Shown piece by piece: positions 36,391 to 49,894 of a stretch of DNA of 64,000 nucleotides. The translations under genes and the position numbers were made by a program. Each line of letters opens with the position of its first letter. Within the stretch, counting starts at the first letter, position 1. The notes under the pieces were generated by a model, which saw only the letters and a program-made list of their open reading frames with translations, made no database searches and had not been told where the DNA came from. The stretch is from Callorhinchus milii (taxonomy: Eukaryota), in NCBI RefSeq assembly GCF_018977255.1, contig NW_024704742.1, forward strand, positions 36,210,001 to 36,274,000. Direction: 5' to 3'.

Positions 36391-36840
36391 ATGCAGAATC
36401 TGCGCCTCACTAGTATCAAAGTCCTCGGGAGCAATCCCATTGGGGTCTGGTCTTACATTATTTTCTTAGCATTTTAGAAAACACAGGAATTGTCAAATTC
36501 AGTGTTAACTTTGAGGCCAGCTTTCTGAAAGTTGTTTCAAGGAATGTGGAAAACTGGCTTCAAAATTAAGACTAAACACAGTGGAGACCAATTATAACAC
36601 ACTAGTTTGGTTCCACAAAGCCCCAATCAGCGCAATAACAGAGCCTGGTCACCAGTCACTGCACAGGTGAGCAGAAAGACAGTTTGCTCCATCCAAAATA
36701 AAAGCCCAACTTCCAGGTCACCAGATTGCTGCCGATGTCTCTTTCTGGGCATTCCTTTTCTTCTTCTATTCCTCCAGTCTGCACTGTGATATGACTGAGG
36801 TACAATCTCAATGATGTAGCCCTCGTTCTAGACTCGTTTA

Positions 36841-38452
36841 CAACAACAACAACAAGATTACATTTGTATAGCGCCTTTCAGGTCGGGAGGACGTCCCAAG
36901 GCGCTGGACAGTGTACAGCATTTCAGACCAGAGCTGGGTTCAGGGGGGGGAGAAGGGAGGGGACGGGAAGGGGGGCGGCCGATGGCACGGTTGAAGAGGA
37001 GGGTCTTGAGGTGGGACTTGAAGGAGGCTAAGAAGGGGCGAGGCGGAGTGATAGGGGGATGGAATTCCAGAGGCTGGGGGCAGAGTGGCTGAAGACTCTT
37101 CCACCAATGGTGGGGTGAGTGGGTCGGGGGACGTGGAGTAGGCCAGAGCCGGCTGAGCGGAGGGAGAGGGCGGGTTGGTAGGGGGTTAGGAGGTCGCAGA
37201 GGTAAGGTGGGGCAAGGCCATGGAGGGCTTTGTAGGTGAGGACCAGGATCTTGAACTGGATCCTTTGAAGGATAGGGAGCCAATGGAGTCGGGTGAGAAT
37301 GGGGGAGATGGGGTCACGGAGTTTGGTGCGAGAGAGAACATGGGCTGCAGAGCTCTGGATTATCTGCAGCCTGTGGAAGGAAGAGTTGGGAAGGCCGACA
37401 AGCAGGGGTTTGCATAGTCGAGCCTGGAGGTGATGAAGGCATGAACAAGAGTTTCAGTGGCCTGAGGGGTGAGGTAGTGGCGGAGTCGGGCGATGTTACG
37501 GAGGTGAGGGAAGGCAGAGCGGATCATGGCTTGAATGTGGGGGAGAAAAGACAGTTGAGGGTCGAACAAGACACCCAGGTTCCTGACTGCATATGGTGAG
37601 TTGTAGTGTGCAACCATGGAGGTTGATGCTGCCAGAGCCTGAGGTGCTGAGGCGCTGGCGTGAGCCAATCAGGAGGGCCTCAGTCTTGTTCACATTCAAC
37701 TGTAGGAAATTTGCCCTCATCCAGGACCTGATGTCCGACAGATAGTCTGTCAGGACAGCAGTGGTCCTGGAGTTGAGGGTGGAGGCAGAAAGATAGAGTT
37801 GGGTGTCATCTGCATACATGTGGAAGTTGTCATTAGAGGAGAGGGCCAAGGACAGCCCTGGGGGACGCCAGATGTGACAGTGCAGGGGCTGGAGGAGAAA
37901 CCATTAGAGGCAACAAAGTGGAGACGGTGAGAGAGATAGGAATCGAACCAGGCAAGGGCAGGTCCACAAAGATTAAAGAGGAGAGGTGGTGTATGAGGAT
38001 AGAGTAGTCGACAGTGTTGAAGGCGGCAGAGAGGTCGAGGAGGACAAGGAGGCAGAGGGAGTACTGATCACAGATGTTCAGAATGTCATTAGTGGCTTTG
38101 ACCAGGGCTGTTTCCGTGCTGTGGGCAGTACGGAAGCCGGATTGGAGGGGTTCAAAGAGGGAATGGCGAGAGAGAAAGGAGCGGAGCTGGGACGCAACAA
38201 CTCATTCCAGGAACTTGGAGAGGAATGGGAGGTTAGAGATGGGGCGGTAGCTGGAGAGAAGGGATGGGTCCAGGGAAGGTTTTTTCAAGATGGGGGTGAT
38301 GACGGCTGTTTTTAGGGGGTTGGGAACTGAACAGGTGGAGAGGGAGAGGTTGATGATGTCGGACAGGAGGGGGGCCAGAAGGTGGAGCTGGGAGATGAGG
38401 AGTGGGGTGGGGATGAGATTGATGGAGCAGGTGGTGGGTTTGAGTTTACAAG
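36841..38452 (-). mobile_element. L2-clade LINE, 5'-truncated RT pseudogene with complete 3' tail
   Basis: [58 protein letters not shown]. Tail ends in (TTG)n. Confidence 0.95.
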
Positions 38453-39103
38453 ACAACGTCCAAGGACTTCCAGCATTTTCACTGTTTGTTACAGCCAAGA
38501 GCTGCAAGGTTGGAAACACTAGCATTGAATTCTGACTATTTAACGATATGCTTCATCAGCTGTCGCCAGCCCATTCTAGAGTAAAGCTGCAAGCATCTTG
38601 AGGAGTTGTTGCACAATAAATGCTCTTTAACAAATAGCTGGAAACCCATTTTACAGAATCTCTGTCAGATTTGTAAATATATTGTAATTGCATTGAATCT
38701 GCAATCTAAAGATTTTTTGGCAACCATCATTGTGCTCCCCCGAGTAACTTTATTAAAATGTTTGTCATAATGTTTACCCAATAATATTTCAATATTTTAA
38801 CTGCAAATTTCTTTTTATAGGTTTTTAAGTCCATATTTAATATTTACCAGGAGATTTTCATCTTAAGGGCACAAACCATTTAGGAATTTATGGAAGGAAA
38901 GATAAACACAACAGTATGAATGTGAATTCTTTACCTCTCTCAATCTGTTCTTACTCACGTAATGTACAGGCATTTAGATCCCAAGCTTGGTGTCACCCAA
39001 CCACTTACTTGGGATGTCTTCCTGATGTGAAAGGCACTATACAAATCTAAGTTGTTGTTGTTACTGACTTGTACTGTTTCCTCTACATCTTTCAACCATA
39101 TCC

Positions 39104-39197
39104 TGAAATTCCACCTGGAAGAATGTTCCACAATTCTGTGCAATCTTCAATTTTAAGCCAAATTGGTTTTACCCGGTTAAGACTAGGTGGAATTTCA
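39104..39197. mobile_element. Short element with perfect 13-bp terminal inverted repeats
   Basis: tgaaattccacct (39104-39116) and aggtggaatttca (39185-39197). Confidence 0.5.
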
Positions 39198-40186
39198 AAC
39201 CACGTGATGCACTAGCTTATGGTCCATGAGTCTTCATTTTGGTTCTCAAAACAAAATAATGCAAAAGGAAGGCGCCTGCAGAAAGGTAAAAGAAAGAGAA
39301 GGGCTAAAAATGACAAGAAAGAAAACCAACAAGAAAGTACCTTCATACAACCAGTAGGTGAAGGGTAACTGGGGTATTTACAGAAGAGTTGCAATCGTGT
39401 TTGACTAGCAGCAATAGCAACTCGTTAGCTTGTACAATATTCAACAACGATTATGTTGAATTAACTTGACAAAAAAGTGAAAGGAATTTTCAAGAATTAT
39501 GAAAGGGATTTGGGGAAGGTTTCAAATAACAGAGTACCCAAATTAAAAATGTGGAACTTGGAAGTCGGTGTGTGAATGTGTGTGTGTGTGTGTTTGTGTG
39601 GGATGGGGGGGAGAGGGTTTCATATGGAATTTAAAGTAGAACTCCTGAAGCAGATAACAGAAATATGTTCACAAAGTGAACTACTGAAGTTGTGTTTCTA
39701 TAATAAATAAAGATTGAAGGAATGGTATACCAGTTGGTATCCCTGATACCTTTTAGGGGACTGAATCCCCAAAAAGATTACAACACTGTAGAAAAGTAAA
39801 TTCATCCCTACAACAATCTCTGCAGAATTTCACTAACCCTTGTTACAACAAAATTTAGACATGAACTTGCTTAATCTCCAGACTGGGGTATTTCATCAGA
39901 TATTGAATTATGCTCACTGTTTTTAAGAAAAGGCTGTTTTTTTTGCCAGTTAGTTCTATGCCCTAATAGAGCGCAAATTGAAAGCTTTAAACAGCTGTGG
40001 TTTAAGCTCCAGATAAGAAACTTGAAATGTCCTGTGTTGTATCTCATTGCTAATAACATAAAAACATAAATTTGGGGTTGTTGCATGAAACCATCACAGA
40101 GATAGGCATCATCTTACTCATCTGAACTGGATTCAATCCCAGGTCCTTGGCTAAAATTAAAGGGTTATGTTGTAACCCAATTTATC

Positions 40187-40405
40187 GTCATGCGTTTATC
40201 ACCTCCCGCTTGGATTACTCAAACACGCTCCTCCCCAGTCTCCCCAGTTTCACTATTCAAAAGATCCTCTTCGATTGTGCTTACAGCCACCTGCTCCCAT
40301 TCCCCCATCCCACCCCTGGCTCGGAGTCAGGCTCCACCACTGTTAAGCGCTCTGAGACGCTATCCTGCATGGAAGGCGCTATATCAGTGCAAGTTGTTGT
40401 TGTGA
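40187..40405 (+). mobile_element. Internally deleted L2 fragment
   Basis: HAFITSRLDYSN joined directly to the 3' tail ...ggcgctatatcagtgcaagttgttgttgt. Confidence 0.8.
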
Positions 40406-41419
40406 TTTAGGGGATTTGCTCTGTAATAAAGTGCATACATCCGACAGTATTCAAAACTCTTCTGGGGTACAAAAATTCTCCCGAAGTGAAAGGGCTATAC
40501 CAAATGTTATATTAATTTGAACACCATTAAGGAGTAACATTGGTTTACAAATGTAAATTTTACCTCATATTTTACAATTTAAGTTGGTGTTCTCCAGGAT
40601 TGAACCCAATGCCTAACTGAAGCAGAGTATTTATTCTCCGATGAAGCTACTCACTAAGCTTACAAGTTACTCCCCAACTTACAAACTGTACAATTCAAAG
40701 ACATGTTGTACCAAGAAATACAGTTATTTATATTTTAATTGCGGTATTTGAACCCAAAGTCCTTCACACCTAACTATCCATTTGAATCTGCCTCCATTCC
40801 ACCATTACTATTAAAATGTATATCTTCCTATTCAGATACTGAAAAGAAGCTAGAAGGACAAGCACATGCATATGATAATTCATTTTACATTTTTGGTTTG
40901 ATTGCTCAGGGGCACAAAGCAATTTTTTTGATCTTTCTGTACTGAAAGGCAACAAGATTCACCAGCATTCGTGTTTATGCGTGTTGGAATGGGCTGTGAT
41001 TGATCTGTCTGGCAAAGTCTTTTGTGTTTATATTAAATAGACTGTAGCCTAGTGCTCACTTCAACAAGGATTAAAAGAGAATTCATTTAAAATTAAATGG
41101 ACAGACCACAAATGAGTGACACTTCTGAAGAATTAAGTCTTTTTTTTAAATGAATGTAGTTTGAAATATCTTTCAAGTAAACTTCAGTACATAAATCTCA
41201 GCGTCTTGTTAACCTCTTGAGCCCAGCTTCCTGGGTTTACAAATTCAAGGTATGAGTTCAAGTGGCTAAGCCTAGTCGAATAAAGATAGTTTGAAGCCTT
41301 TCTACCAGCTCTTCATCTTTTTAGTGCAGGAGTTAAGGTGCAATACATATGGAAAATCAAGGCATTTTCCAAAATATAAGCAAAATCACTTTTATTTATA
41401 AATAAGTAGGCAAGCAAAT

Positions 41420-41700
41420 AAATAAATAAACCATTTGATACAGCACTTGTAACATTGAAATGTCTCCAAGCACTTCACAGTAATTACTGGTAAATGTAAT
41501 GATTGTAGGTAAACACAGTAACCAATTTGCACAAGGCAGTGACCCACAATCAGGCAGGAGATTAAAGACTAAATTATTTTGGATGATTGTTGGGTTGGAC
41601 ACCGGGAGAAATTCCATTTTTTTTTCCAATACTGTCATGGGATCTTTAACATCCACCCGAACAAATAATTGGTATCTTGGTTTAACATTCCTCTTCAGGA
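41420..41700 (-). mobile_element. Deu-domain SINE, degraded
   Basis: ggacaccgggagaa...catgggatctttaacatccacc...ggtttaacatt is the reverse complement of the Deu core. Confidence 0.72.
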
Positions 41701-42610
41701 GGCAAATATATAAAGAAAAACATGCCTGGTTTATATGATGGCTTTGATTCACAGTGCAGAAGTAGAGCATTAAATCAAAGCACAGAACTCATATCGAATC
41801 TGCCACAAAATATTTCTGTTTCTCAAACAGTTTAGGCAGTTTATTTGAAAGTCAACTAGCTAGATTTGAAATGATCAAAACTGGATCTGGGATGTGTCAT
41901 TTTTGCAAAGCAGCACAATCCTGTTTGAAAAGCAGTTTGATAAACATGTGAGGAGCTGAGAAGGAGAAAGGAGGACACATTGTACTTTTGGTGAAAACAG
42001 TTTAAAGGGAGGTCTCAAAGTGATGAGAATATACACAAAATACTGGGTATATTTAAAACTTCTGTTTAAGTTCAGAGAGCCATACCTCACATTGCTGGGC
42101 GAGGGAGAATTATACAGTTTCAGAAAGTTTACAGCACAGAAGGTTGTTCTTTTAGTTGTTCCTAAAGCAATGAGTGGTCGCAATAGTTACCAACCTTGGA
42201 GCATGCTGTTTAAATGCAGCTTCAGAGAAAATCATTGTCCAAAGAAGCAACTCTCAAACACAGACAAGTTAACTGGAGAGAGTACTCCATGAAAAAATAC
42301 GAGCTGCTTAGATGCCTAAAAGTTAGCGGAAAATAATCCAGCACAACTATCTCACTAGTGAGACGATAAAACATTTATAATGAGCATTTGTTTTAGAAAA
42401 CATTTATGAATCATAATGTCAATTGGATTGAAAATTAGATGGAACTTTTGTCAACCTTGCTGAAGTTATGTCAACATCATAGAGCTCGATAGACACAGAT
42501 AAGAAATGTATACAATATGTATCTGAATTAAGCGTAATGGATCTTTACGGAAGGGGAACTGTATTGTTAGAGGTTCTTCTTTCAGATGAGACATTAAACC
42601 AAGTTTTAGT

Positions 42611-42965
42611 GGAGTCCTGTAGCTCAGTAGTTAGAGCACTCGCCTCTCAAGCACGATACCTGGGTTTGATTCCCAGCAGGGCGAAATGTTGGGCAAGTTT
42701 TCATATTCCACCCGCCTTGTTCACCCAGCAGTAATTAGAAACCTGGTTGTTAGTCGATTGGCTAATAATCCTTCAAAAAAAATAATAAAATTAGTCACTT
42801 CAATCCACAACTGTTTGTGGGACACTGCTGTGCGAAAATGGGTGCCGCGTTTCCCCCACAAATATACAGTCAATTCACTTTACAGTATATTCTGTGAAGT
42901 GCTTTGAGATGTCTAGAAGACGTGAAAAGCACTATATCAAATGCAAGGATTATTATTATTATTAA
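42611..42965 (+). mobile_element. Full-length tRNA-derived SINE (intermediate-length body), preceded by a Deu fragment (about 42549-42603)
   Basis: Head, partial long segment, tail and (TTA)n. Confidence 0.9.
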
Positions 42966-43855
42966 GGATTATTTATTATTTAAGGCAGTCGAAAAAGTGA
43001 TTATGTGATTGAGCATAACTGGATTGGAGACAATGGCCAGGAAACTAAACTGGCCCTGAAACTATGAATGAAATTATAAATGAATTTAGGATGAAGCAAG
43101 CACTAAATGAACAGAATGGTCACACTATGTAACTAAGAATAGGGAAGAGTTAAGTACTGTCTAGTTGGCCATTGATGAAGTTTGGGGTCATTAAGTGTAA
43201 ACATTAGACTGAGCAAGCTGTGCTTCAAGAAAAGAGCCATATTCGCTAGTGAAATGGACATCAAGTAGTCAACAACAATTATAGTGCCCTTCACGCAGGC
43301 TAGGGTACGGTTTGGCACCGAGCAATGTAGACAAGGAAGAAGAAGGTGACCATAGGCACCGTCAAAGCAGTAAAGAAACAAAAGCTGAAATATTACAGAT
43401 TTGAAGAGATACAAGGCTGCAACTTCAAAATGACATTTACACTCTATTTATAATCAGGGAAAGATAAACATTCAGAGATCTAATCCATTAGTTATCCTGC
43501 CAGATGGTCAATTGAGTTGATCTTTAAGTTAATCACAAGGGAATGTTCACAGGTTTTGAACCTGACGTAAATATAGTTTGCTTATGCCACGAATGTCAAA
43601 CTTGCAATTCAGTAGGCTGGCGATTACAAAAGGATTAACTCCAAATACTGTAGCTGCTGAATTTTGTCAAATACTGGATTACATTTTGGAAATCCCCACC
43701 ACCACTGCCCCACCACCACCACCGCAGCCCCAGCACAATGGCGGAGAAGAAGGGAATCCCAATTGTAAAAATCCCTACTTATGAAGAGTTAAAACCATAG
43801 GCCGATGAAATCAATTGGCTTCCTTTTTGTTAAGCTGGCAGATGGTCAGGGGGAC

Positions 43856-43932
43856 ACAGGCTGTGTGGGAGCTGAGGTTGGGAACAGGCTGTGTGGGAGC
43901 TGAGGTTGGGAATAAGATGTGCGTGTGGGAGC
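43856..43932. repeat. 28-bp tandem repeat, 2 exact units plus a partial third
   Basis: acaggctgtgtgggagctgaggttggga twice. Confidence 0.9.
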
Positions 43933-45002
43933 AACACACTGATTACAGAGGGTGAGTATCAAAGTCAACGTTAATTTAGGAACAAATTTCCGCTGCTCCT
44001 TGTGCTAATTGACATAAGGAATGGATTCAAAAATACTGCAAATTCATCCCATAACTCTCATTGCTTTTGAACAGTTAATGAATATCACATTTGATTTACT
44101 GTGGAGATTAGAACCAGGTTAGGGTGTTGATTGGGTACTGTAGTTGGATTGCAGTTCAGTGAAATCAAAAGGATTTCTTTAAATTTGGTTAGTAAATGAT
44201 GGTATATGATGGTATCCTGGACACATGATGAGGAGTGACTTTTGAATCAAACAAGAAATGTCCAATTTCTTGTTTGTAAATTGGTTTTGTAATCATATAG
44301 AACAGATAAATGAAAACATTGACAATTTTAAGGTTAGAGCTCCAAGGCTGATGGGATCAATTCCATCTAATTTCCCAGTGCAATCTGTGGAACCAGAGCA
44401 AAGCAAGTCAGATGTTATGGTTAATGTCATCTTATTTCAGGGTGAACAGTTTAGGAGTGCATCACATAGATCTACCATTGCCAGAAACCTTTTACAAAAG
44501 TCATATAACAATGAAATAAATAATTGTAGAAATAAATGCAGTCAGGCATGTAAAACTATCAGAAATGCAGCTAATGCAAACACAGAAATGTCTACTTGCA
44601 GTACAATGCACCAGAAGTCCTGGAAAGATATTTCAAATGAATTCACTATGTAGGAAAATAATAGCTTTAGTGTGACTGGCATGTGTTTGTCTTCCGTACG
44701 TTATAGGTGCAGTCAGGTTACTAATGAGTAAACGTGCCTCGGTTAAATGGAACATAGGTTTGTGCAGAACAAGAAAAGACCACTGTGCTCCTTCTGACAG
44801 GTCCCAGCCAAATTATACACTTCTTGACTACTCCCCCATCATTTAAGGTACAAATCTTGAACCTTAGGAGTCAGTTCAGTGTTTGGGTTAAACTAAATGA
44901 TCCTAAATATCATCAAATCCAATGGTAGACAAACATGTATTCATGTATGGGTGGGTTATACTAACAATATTTATAACAGCCTAGCTCAGTAGGTTGCACT
45001 AT

Positions 45003-45210
45003 ATAATCCTTGCATTTGATATAGCACCTTATCACATCAATTGCGCACAGCAGTATCCCACAAAACGTCGTGGATTGAAGTGACCAATTTTTTTTAAGGA
45101 ATTATTACTCCCAGAGAAGTGATCCGCCAATTGACTAACAATCAGTTTCCTACTTACTGCTAGGTAAGCAGAGGCATGTGGAGTAAGGAAGCTTGTCCAA
45201 CATTTGCACT
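45003..45210 (-). mobile_element. Long-subfamily SINE, partial with an internal deletion
   Basis: Reverse complement of the tail and long segment. Confidence 0.8.
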
Positions 45211-45367
45211 AGTTCAAAAGGTCTCCCTGTGTCCTGGCCAACAATCCCCAGATAAAATTGGTCAGTCATGGCTATTTGTAAGACATTGCTATGCGCAAAT
45301 TGGGTGCCATGTTTGCCTACAAAAATGTACAATATATTCTGAAGCATTTTCAGAATGCTGTAGTCCT

Positions 45368-45695
45368 GGAGTCCTGTAGCTCAGTGGTTAGAGCACTCGC
45401 TTTGCAAGCGAGAGACCTGAGTTCAATTCCAGGCAGGGCGAAACCTTGGGCAAGTTTCCTTACTCCACACAGCCTAATAATAATCCCTCCAAAACCAAAA
45501 ACAATAATAAATTGGTCATTTTCAATCCACGACTGTTTGTGGGACATTGCTGTGCGCAATTGGCTGCCGCGTTCGCCCACAAATACACAGTCAATTCACT
45601 TTACAGTGTGTTCTGTGCAGCGCTTTGGGACGTCCTCCCGACGTGAAAAGCGCTATAGCAAATGCAAGGATTATTATTATTATTATTATTATTAT
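45368..45695 (+). mobile_element. Young full-length SINE nested in the 3' part of an older Deu-type SINE (about 45222-45730)
   Basis: The older body (gtgtcctggccaacaat...) runs to 45367 and its tail (gagatgtcctcccagtatgaaagac) resumes after the (TTA)n. Confidence 0.88.
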
Positions 45696-46574
45696 TTTGA
45701 GATGTCCTCCCAGTATGAAAGACTCTAGATCTGCTTGTAGAGTTATGTCGAGGCACATCCTGCTTGCAGATGAAATCAGTAACTAATAATACTGGGAATT
45801 AGTTCAGGACATCTTATCATTTGGCTAATAGACCGGTGAAAAGTGCTGTAGATTGCTGGATTTAATGAGTTGGCTGATGATTTTGCAATCTGGCTAATAG
45901 ACTTTTTTTAATTGGGTCCAAAGCGATTTTAATTTAATTCAAAGCAATTTGTTTCTGCAAATGCACAAGGGTTTGATGGCAATATGATCGAATGCAGTGT
46001 TTATTCATGCATCCCCCATGTAAAACATGTGCATTAAAGATGTCACCTAATGGGGTTCACCAATCTGCCACTGAAGGGGGCCAGTCCATTCAAATAGACA
46101 TATTTACCATGCAAACAGTTGTATTTTTGTCCCCAACTGGTCTTACATGAGTTTGAGCCCACAAATACTGACAATCATTGAATGATAGAGATGCCAAGGC
46201 CCCACATCTATTTGTGTCCACTTAGAAAGCATCAGTCAACCAAGAAGGCAAGTTTCCTCCTGATAGGACAAAGCACATCTGTTTGTTTTTGGTCTGCTTC
46301 TGCTGTAAAAAGCAAGTTGTTCTAAGTGACAACACCAAGTGTTGAAGAGGCAGATAAAATAAGCATTGATTTACCCCTCACTGTGTCCAGCTCTTCTTCC
46401 CTGACCCACAGGACTAATTACTGTCTCAGGTCCCCAAAAGTGAATGCAAATTGAAATGTATGCCTTCAGATAATGGAGCTCTGAAAAGTATGAAACAGCA
46501 ATAGTATGTCTTTTTTACCCTCTGGGCAATCAATGGTTGTTAATACTACTGATTGTTTGCCTACACGTATGCAG

Positions 46575-46760
46575 TCAACAACAACAACAAGTTGCATTGT
46601 GAAAGAATGCGCCTTTCACATCGGGAGGAAGTCCCAAAGCACTGGACGGTGAAGGATTTGCACCCAAACTGGGGGCTTGAGTCAAGAAGGGTGGAGGGCA
46701 AGGGGTTGGAGATGACAAGATGACCGAAGATGAGGACGAAGAAGAAGGTCTTGAATTTTA
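46575..46760 (-). mobile_element. L2 3' end fragment
   Basis: (caa)n...gcgcctttcacatcgggaggaagtcccaaagcactggac. Confidence 0.8.
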
Positions 46761-47847
46761 TAGTAAATCCTGTGAAGCCTTTTGAGATTGTGTGGTACAA
46801 CACCATATTGAAACCCAAGGATTATTAAAATATAAAGTTAAATAAAGATAAAATACTGTACAATTGTACTTAAGTACAATAATACTCCAGCTTTAACCTT
46901 CACCATTACTGTGCACAGAATTTACTGAGCACTGTTAAGCTATTGTTATGCCCTTCATTGGATGCAATCACCAAGCATTCAAAGGAGTTTCTTCCTCACT
47001 GTTGTCTCTTGATTAGTGGCGAGTCACTTCTGAAGGAAGGCATAAAAACAAAGAGTCTGAGTTTGATAAGTTTCTTTTCTTGAAGAATAAGGAGATACCC
47101 TGAACATCTCTTGTACCTTTGCCCTGCAGATAACTAGTAACAAGGGGCAGAGTCTACACTGCAACTCACATTCAGCCAACAAGTAACAAGCAGTTGAGTC
47201 TTAAACGGCACCTCGACCAATAATTCGATTTTAAATGCTCTGGTTAATTGTTTTTATGTTTCTTGGGGAATCATAGCTGACGATTGCTCCCTCCCCACCC
47301 TCTAACCCACTCTCTAACCCACCCAGCACTCCAGTCCTTAATGAAGGAAGGAAACTGAAGCTGTTTGCTTCCCGGTGCTGTCAGCACAAGCTGAAAGTTG
47401 TTATTATTTCAGAATTCGGATTATTACACACCCAAACACTGCTTCCCAATGCTGATAACACTTCAAAATGTCCTGCTCAAAATGTTTAATTACGCTTATG
47501 CACTCATATTTGTATCCATTGAATGAATAAAATAATGAAATTCTAACACTCTCTGTGATGCTACACAGTAAATCATTATCAAGTCCATTATGAAAGATTG
47601 CATTATTCATCCCAATAATTTGGGTTATTTTTAGCTTTCTACTTGACTGGCTGCATCCATCAATTCTCCTCCAGGAATCTCTGTAATATTCTTCCTCTCT
47701 CTAATGTTGAAATCAGCTTTCACAATGTTTCAGGTGGAAAAATCTGGCACAATGCAACTATGTACTCCAGTCAGGAAAATAAATATCTGAGCCATTGCTC
47801 TGACTGTGAGACCCCAAAATAAATCACGGTATTACACCAAGACTTGT

Positions 47848-48288
47848 GGAGTCCTGTAGCTCAGTGGTCAAAGCGCTCCCCTGAAATAGTAACAACTTTC
47901 AGCTTGTGCTGACAGCACTGGGAAGCAAACAGCTTCAGTTTCCTCCCTTCATTAAAGACTGGAGAGGTGAGCGCAGGTTTTGCCTGCCCGGGAAACAAAC
48001 CCGGGAGAACCCGTGTTTGTTTCCCGGGCAGGCAAAGTTTCCTCACTCCACATGCCTCTGTTTACTAACAGTAAGTAGGAACCTGGTTGCTCGTCGATTG
48101 GTGGTTCACTTTCCAGAGGTAATAATCCCTCAAGAAAAAGAATTGGGTCACTCAATCCACGACTGTGAGACACTGCTGTGCATAATTGGCTGCCATGTTT
48201 TTCCAACAAAATATACACTTTTCAATATATTCTTTTGTCTCAACGACCTGATAAGTGCTATATCAAATGCAAGGATTATTATTATTAT
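47848..48288 (+). mobile_element. Long-subfamily SINE with a complex insertion in its tRNA head
   Basis: Head 47848-47880, foreign sequence 47881 to about 48005, then the SINE resumes at gagaacccgtgtttgtttcccgggcagg. Confidence 0.88.
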
Positions 48289-48357
48289 ATAAGACTTCCT
48301 TTGTAAACTCAGGGAGCAATGACCACCTAGGCATAAATAGCATGCATTGGTATTGAT

Positions 48358-48707
48358 AGTAATAATAATCCTATATTTGATATAGCATCTTATCATGTCT
48401 TCAAGACGTCTCAAAGCATTTTACAGATTTTTGTGGGCAAACGTGACAGCAAATTGCACATAGCTAACTACAGTTGTGAGTTGAATGACCAAATTATTAT
48501 GTCTACTAAACATTATTTTTTTTTGAAGGGATTATTACCTTCAGAGAAGTGATCCGCCGATTGACTAACAACCAGGTTCCTACTTAATGCTGAGTAAACA
48601 GAGACGAGTGGAGTAAGGAAACTTGCCTAACTTGCCCTACCTGGGAATCAAACCCAGGTCCTCTCACTTGTGAGGTGAGTGCTCTGACCACTAAACTACA
48701 GGATTCC
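48358..48707 (-). mobile_element. Full-length long-subfamily SINE
   Basis: Reverse complement runs from head to tail. Tail-to-tail with the 47848 copy. Confidence 0.88.
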
Positions 48708-49894
48708 TATAGTACTTTATAAGATTCTGTCATTACATCCTAAATACAATAAAAGGTCTGTGTTTTTACCCTCAACACGACTCTGTAAAGAAGGACTGTT
48801 TAAAGTTAGACCTTTGCTTTGCAACGCTGAATTCTGAATCAACCTGTCATTTCAACTCTCTGAGGTGAAAAGGGGAGTTGAGAAGCAGCTCCATTTTGAA
48901 CATGTGTTGATAGCACAAAGATTTATACATTGTGGCACACAATTCTACTTCAGAAGTATTTCAAATGCAGATTAGAGATTATGTCTCATGGGAATCAGGA
49001 AAGGTTTTCAGACATCACTCTGTTCTTTGAGATAATCTCTGCACACATTCAATCAACAGTCCATTTTGAACAGCATTATTTACATTAGAAAGAGCTCAAG
49101 TGACCAACCACACTGAACAAGCCAGAAATTATAATAGACATTGTATATATTTTTCATCATGGCAGACTATCAGACTACTTGTGCAATAATTAATGATACT
49201 GTGTTGGTCATCTATTAAAGGATTGCAACCAAGGAAAATATAATTTAATCTTTTTTCAGCATTACAGTCTTTGTGTCTTTGTGTATTGGAAATAATCTAT
49301 ATTATCTGTATCCGATTCAATTCAAACTCAAAGTGTTTTCTTAAATCTACAGGTACAATCATTGCAACTATATTAAAAATTGTCACAGAAAAAAATATCA
49401 GAAGCATGCTGGATATTTTACTTCCTTTCATTCACAAAACTCAGCCAAAGTGAAATAATGTAGCGTTGGAAGAGATATTGCAACAAAGCATTGCGTTTAA
49501 AAATCATCATAATTTAATAATGTTCCTCACTTCTCGCATGCATGGAGTCAGAGGCACCATCTGCTGCTATAAAATATTAACACCTGCCAACAATGGAGAT
49601 GTCTCAATAGATGCTCTTTCATCTTTCTGTCAGCAAGAACAAGTTTCACTCCTCATAAAGTATCAATACTGCAAGCCCCTTTCTTTGAAGCATTTCAACC
49701 TCTCCCTCTTTGTCCACCAAATATTAAACGAAAAGCCAAGACGAATTCTAATTAATTTAATCAGCGCCAATGTAAACTTCACTCGCTGTGTCAGTAGTTT
49801 TCAGCACGGTGGGAAACAGTAGCTGGTGCTCCACTTCGCCATCTAGTGCCAGATCAAATAAATTATGTTCATCCTCTTTTAAGACCAAAATACA

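Noticed and set aside
44258..44653. 131-aa ORF in unique DNA
   Set aside because: No recognisable domain and no convincing exon boundaries. This length is plausible by chance.
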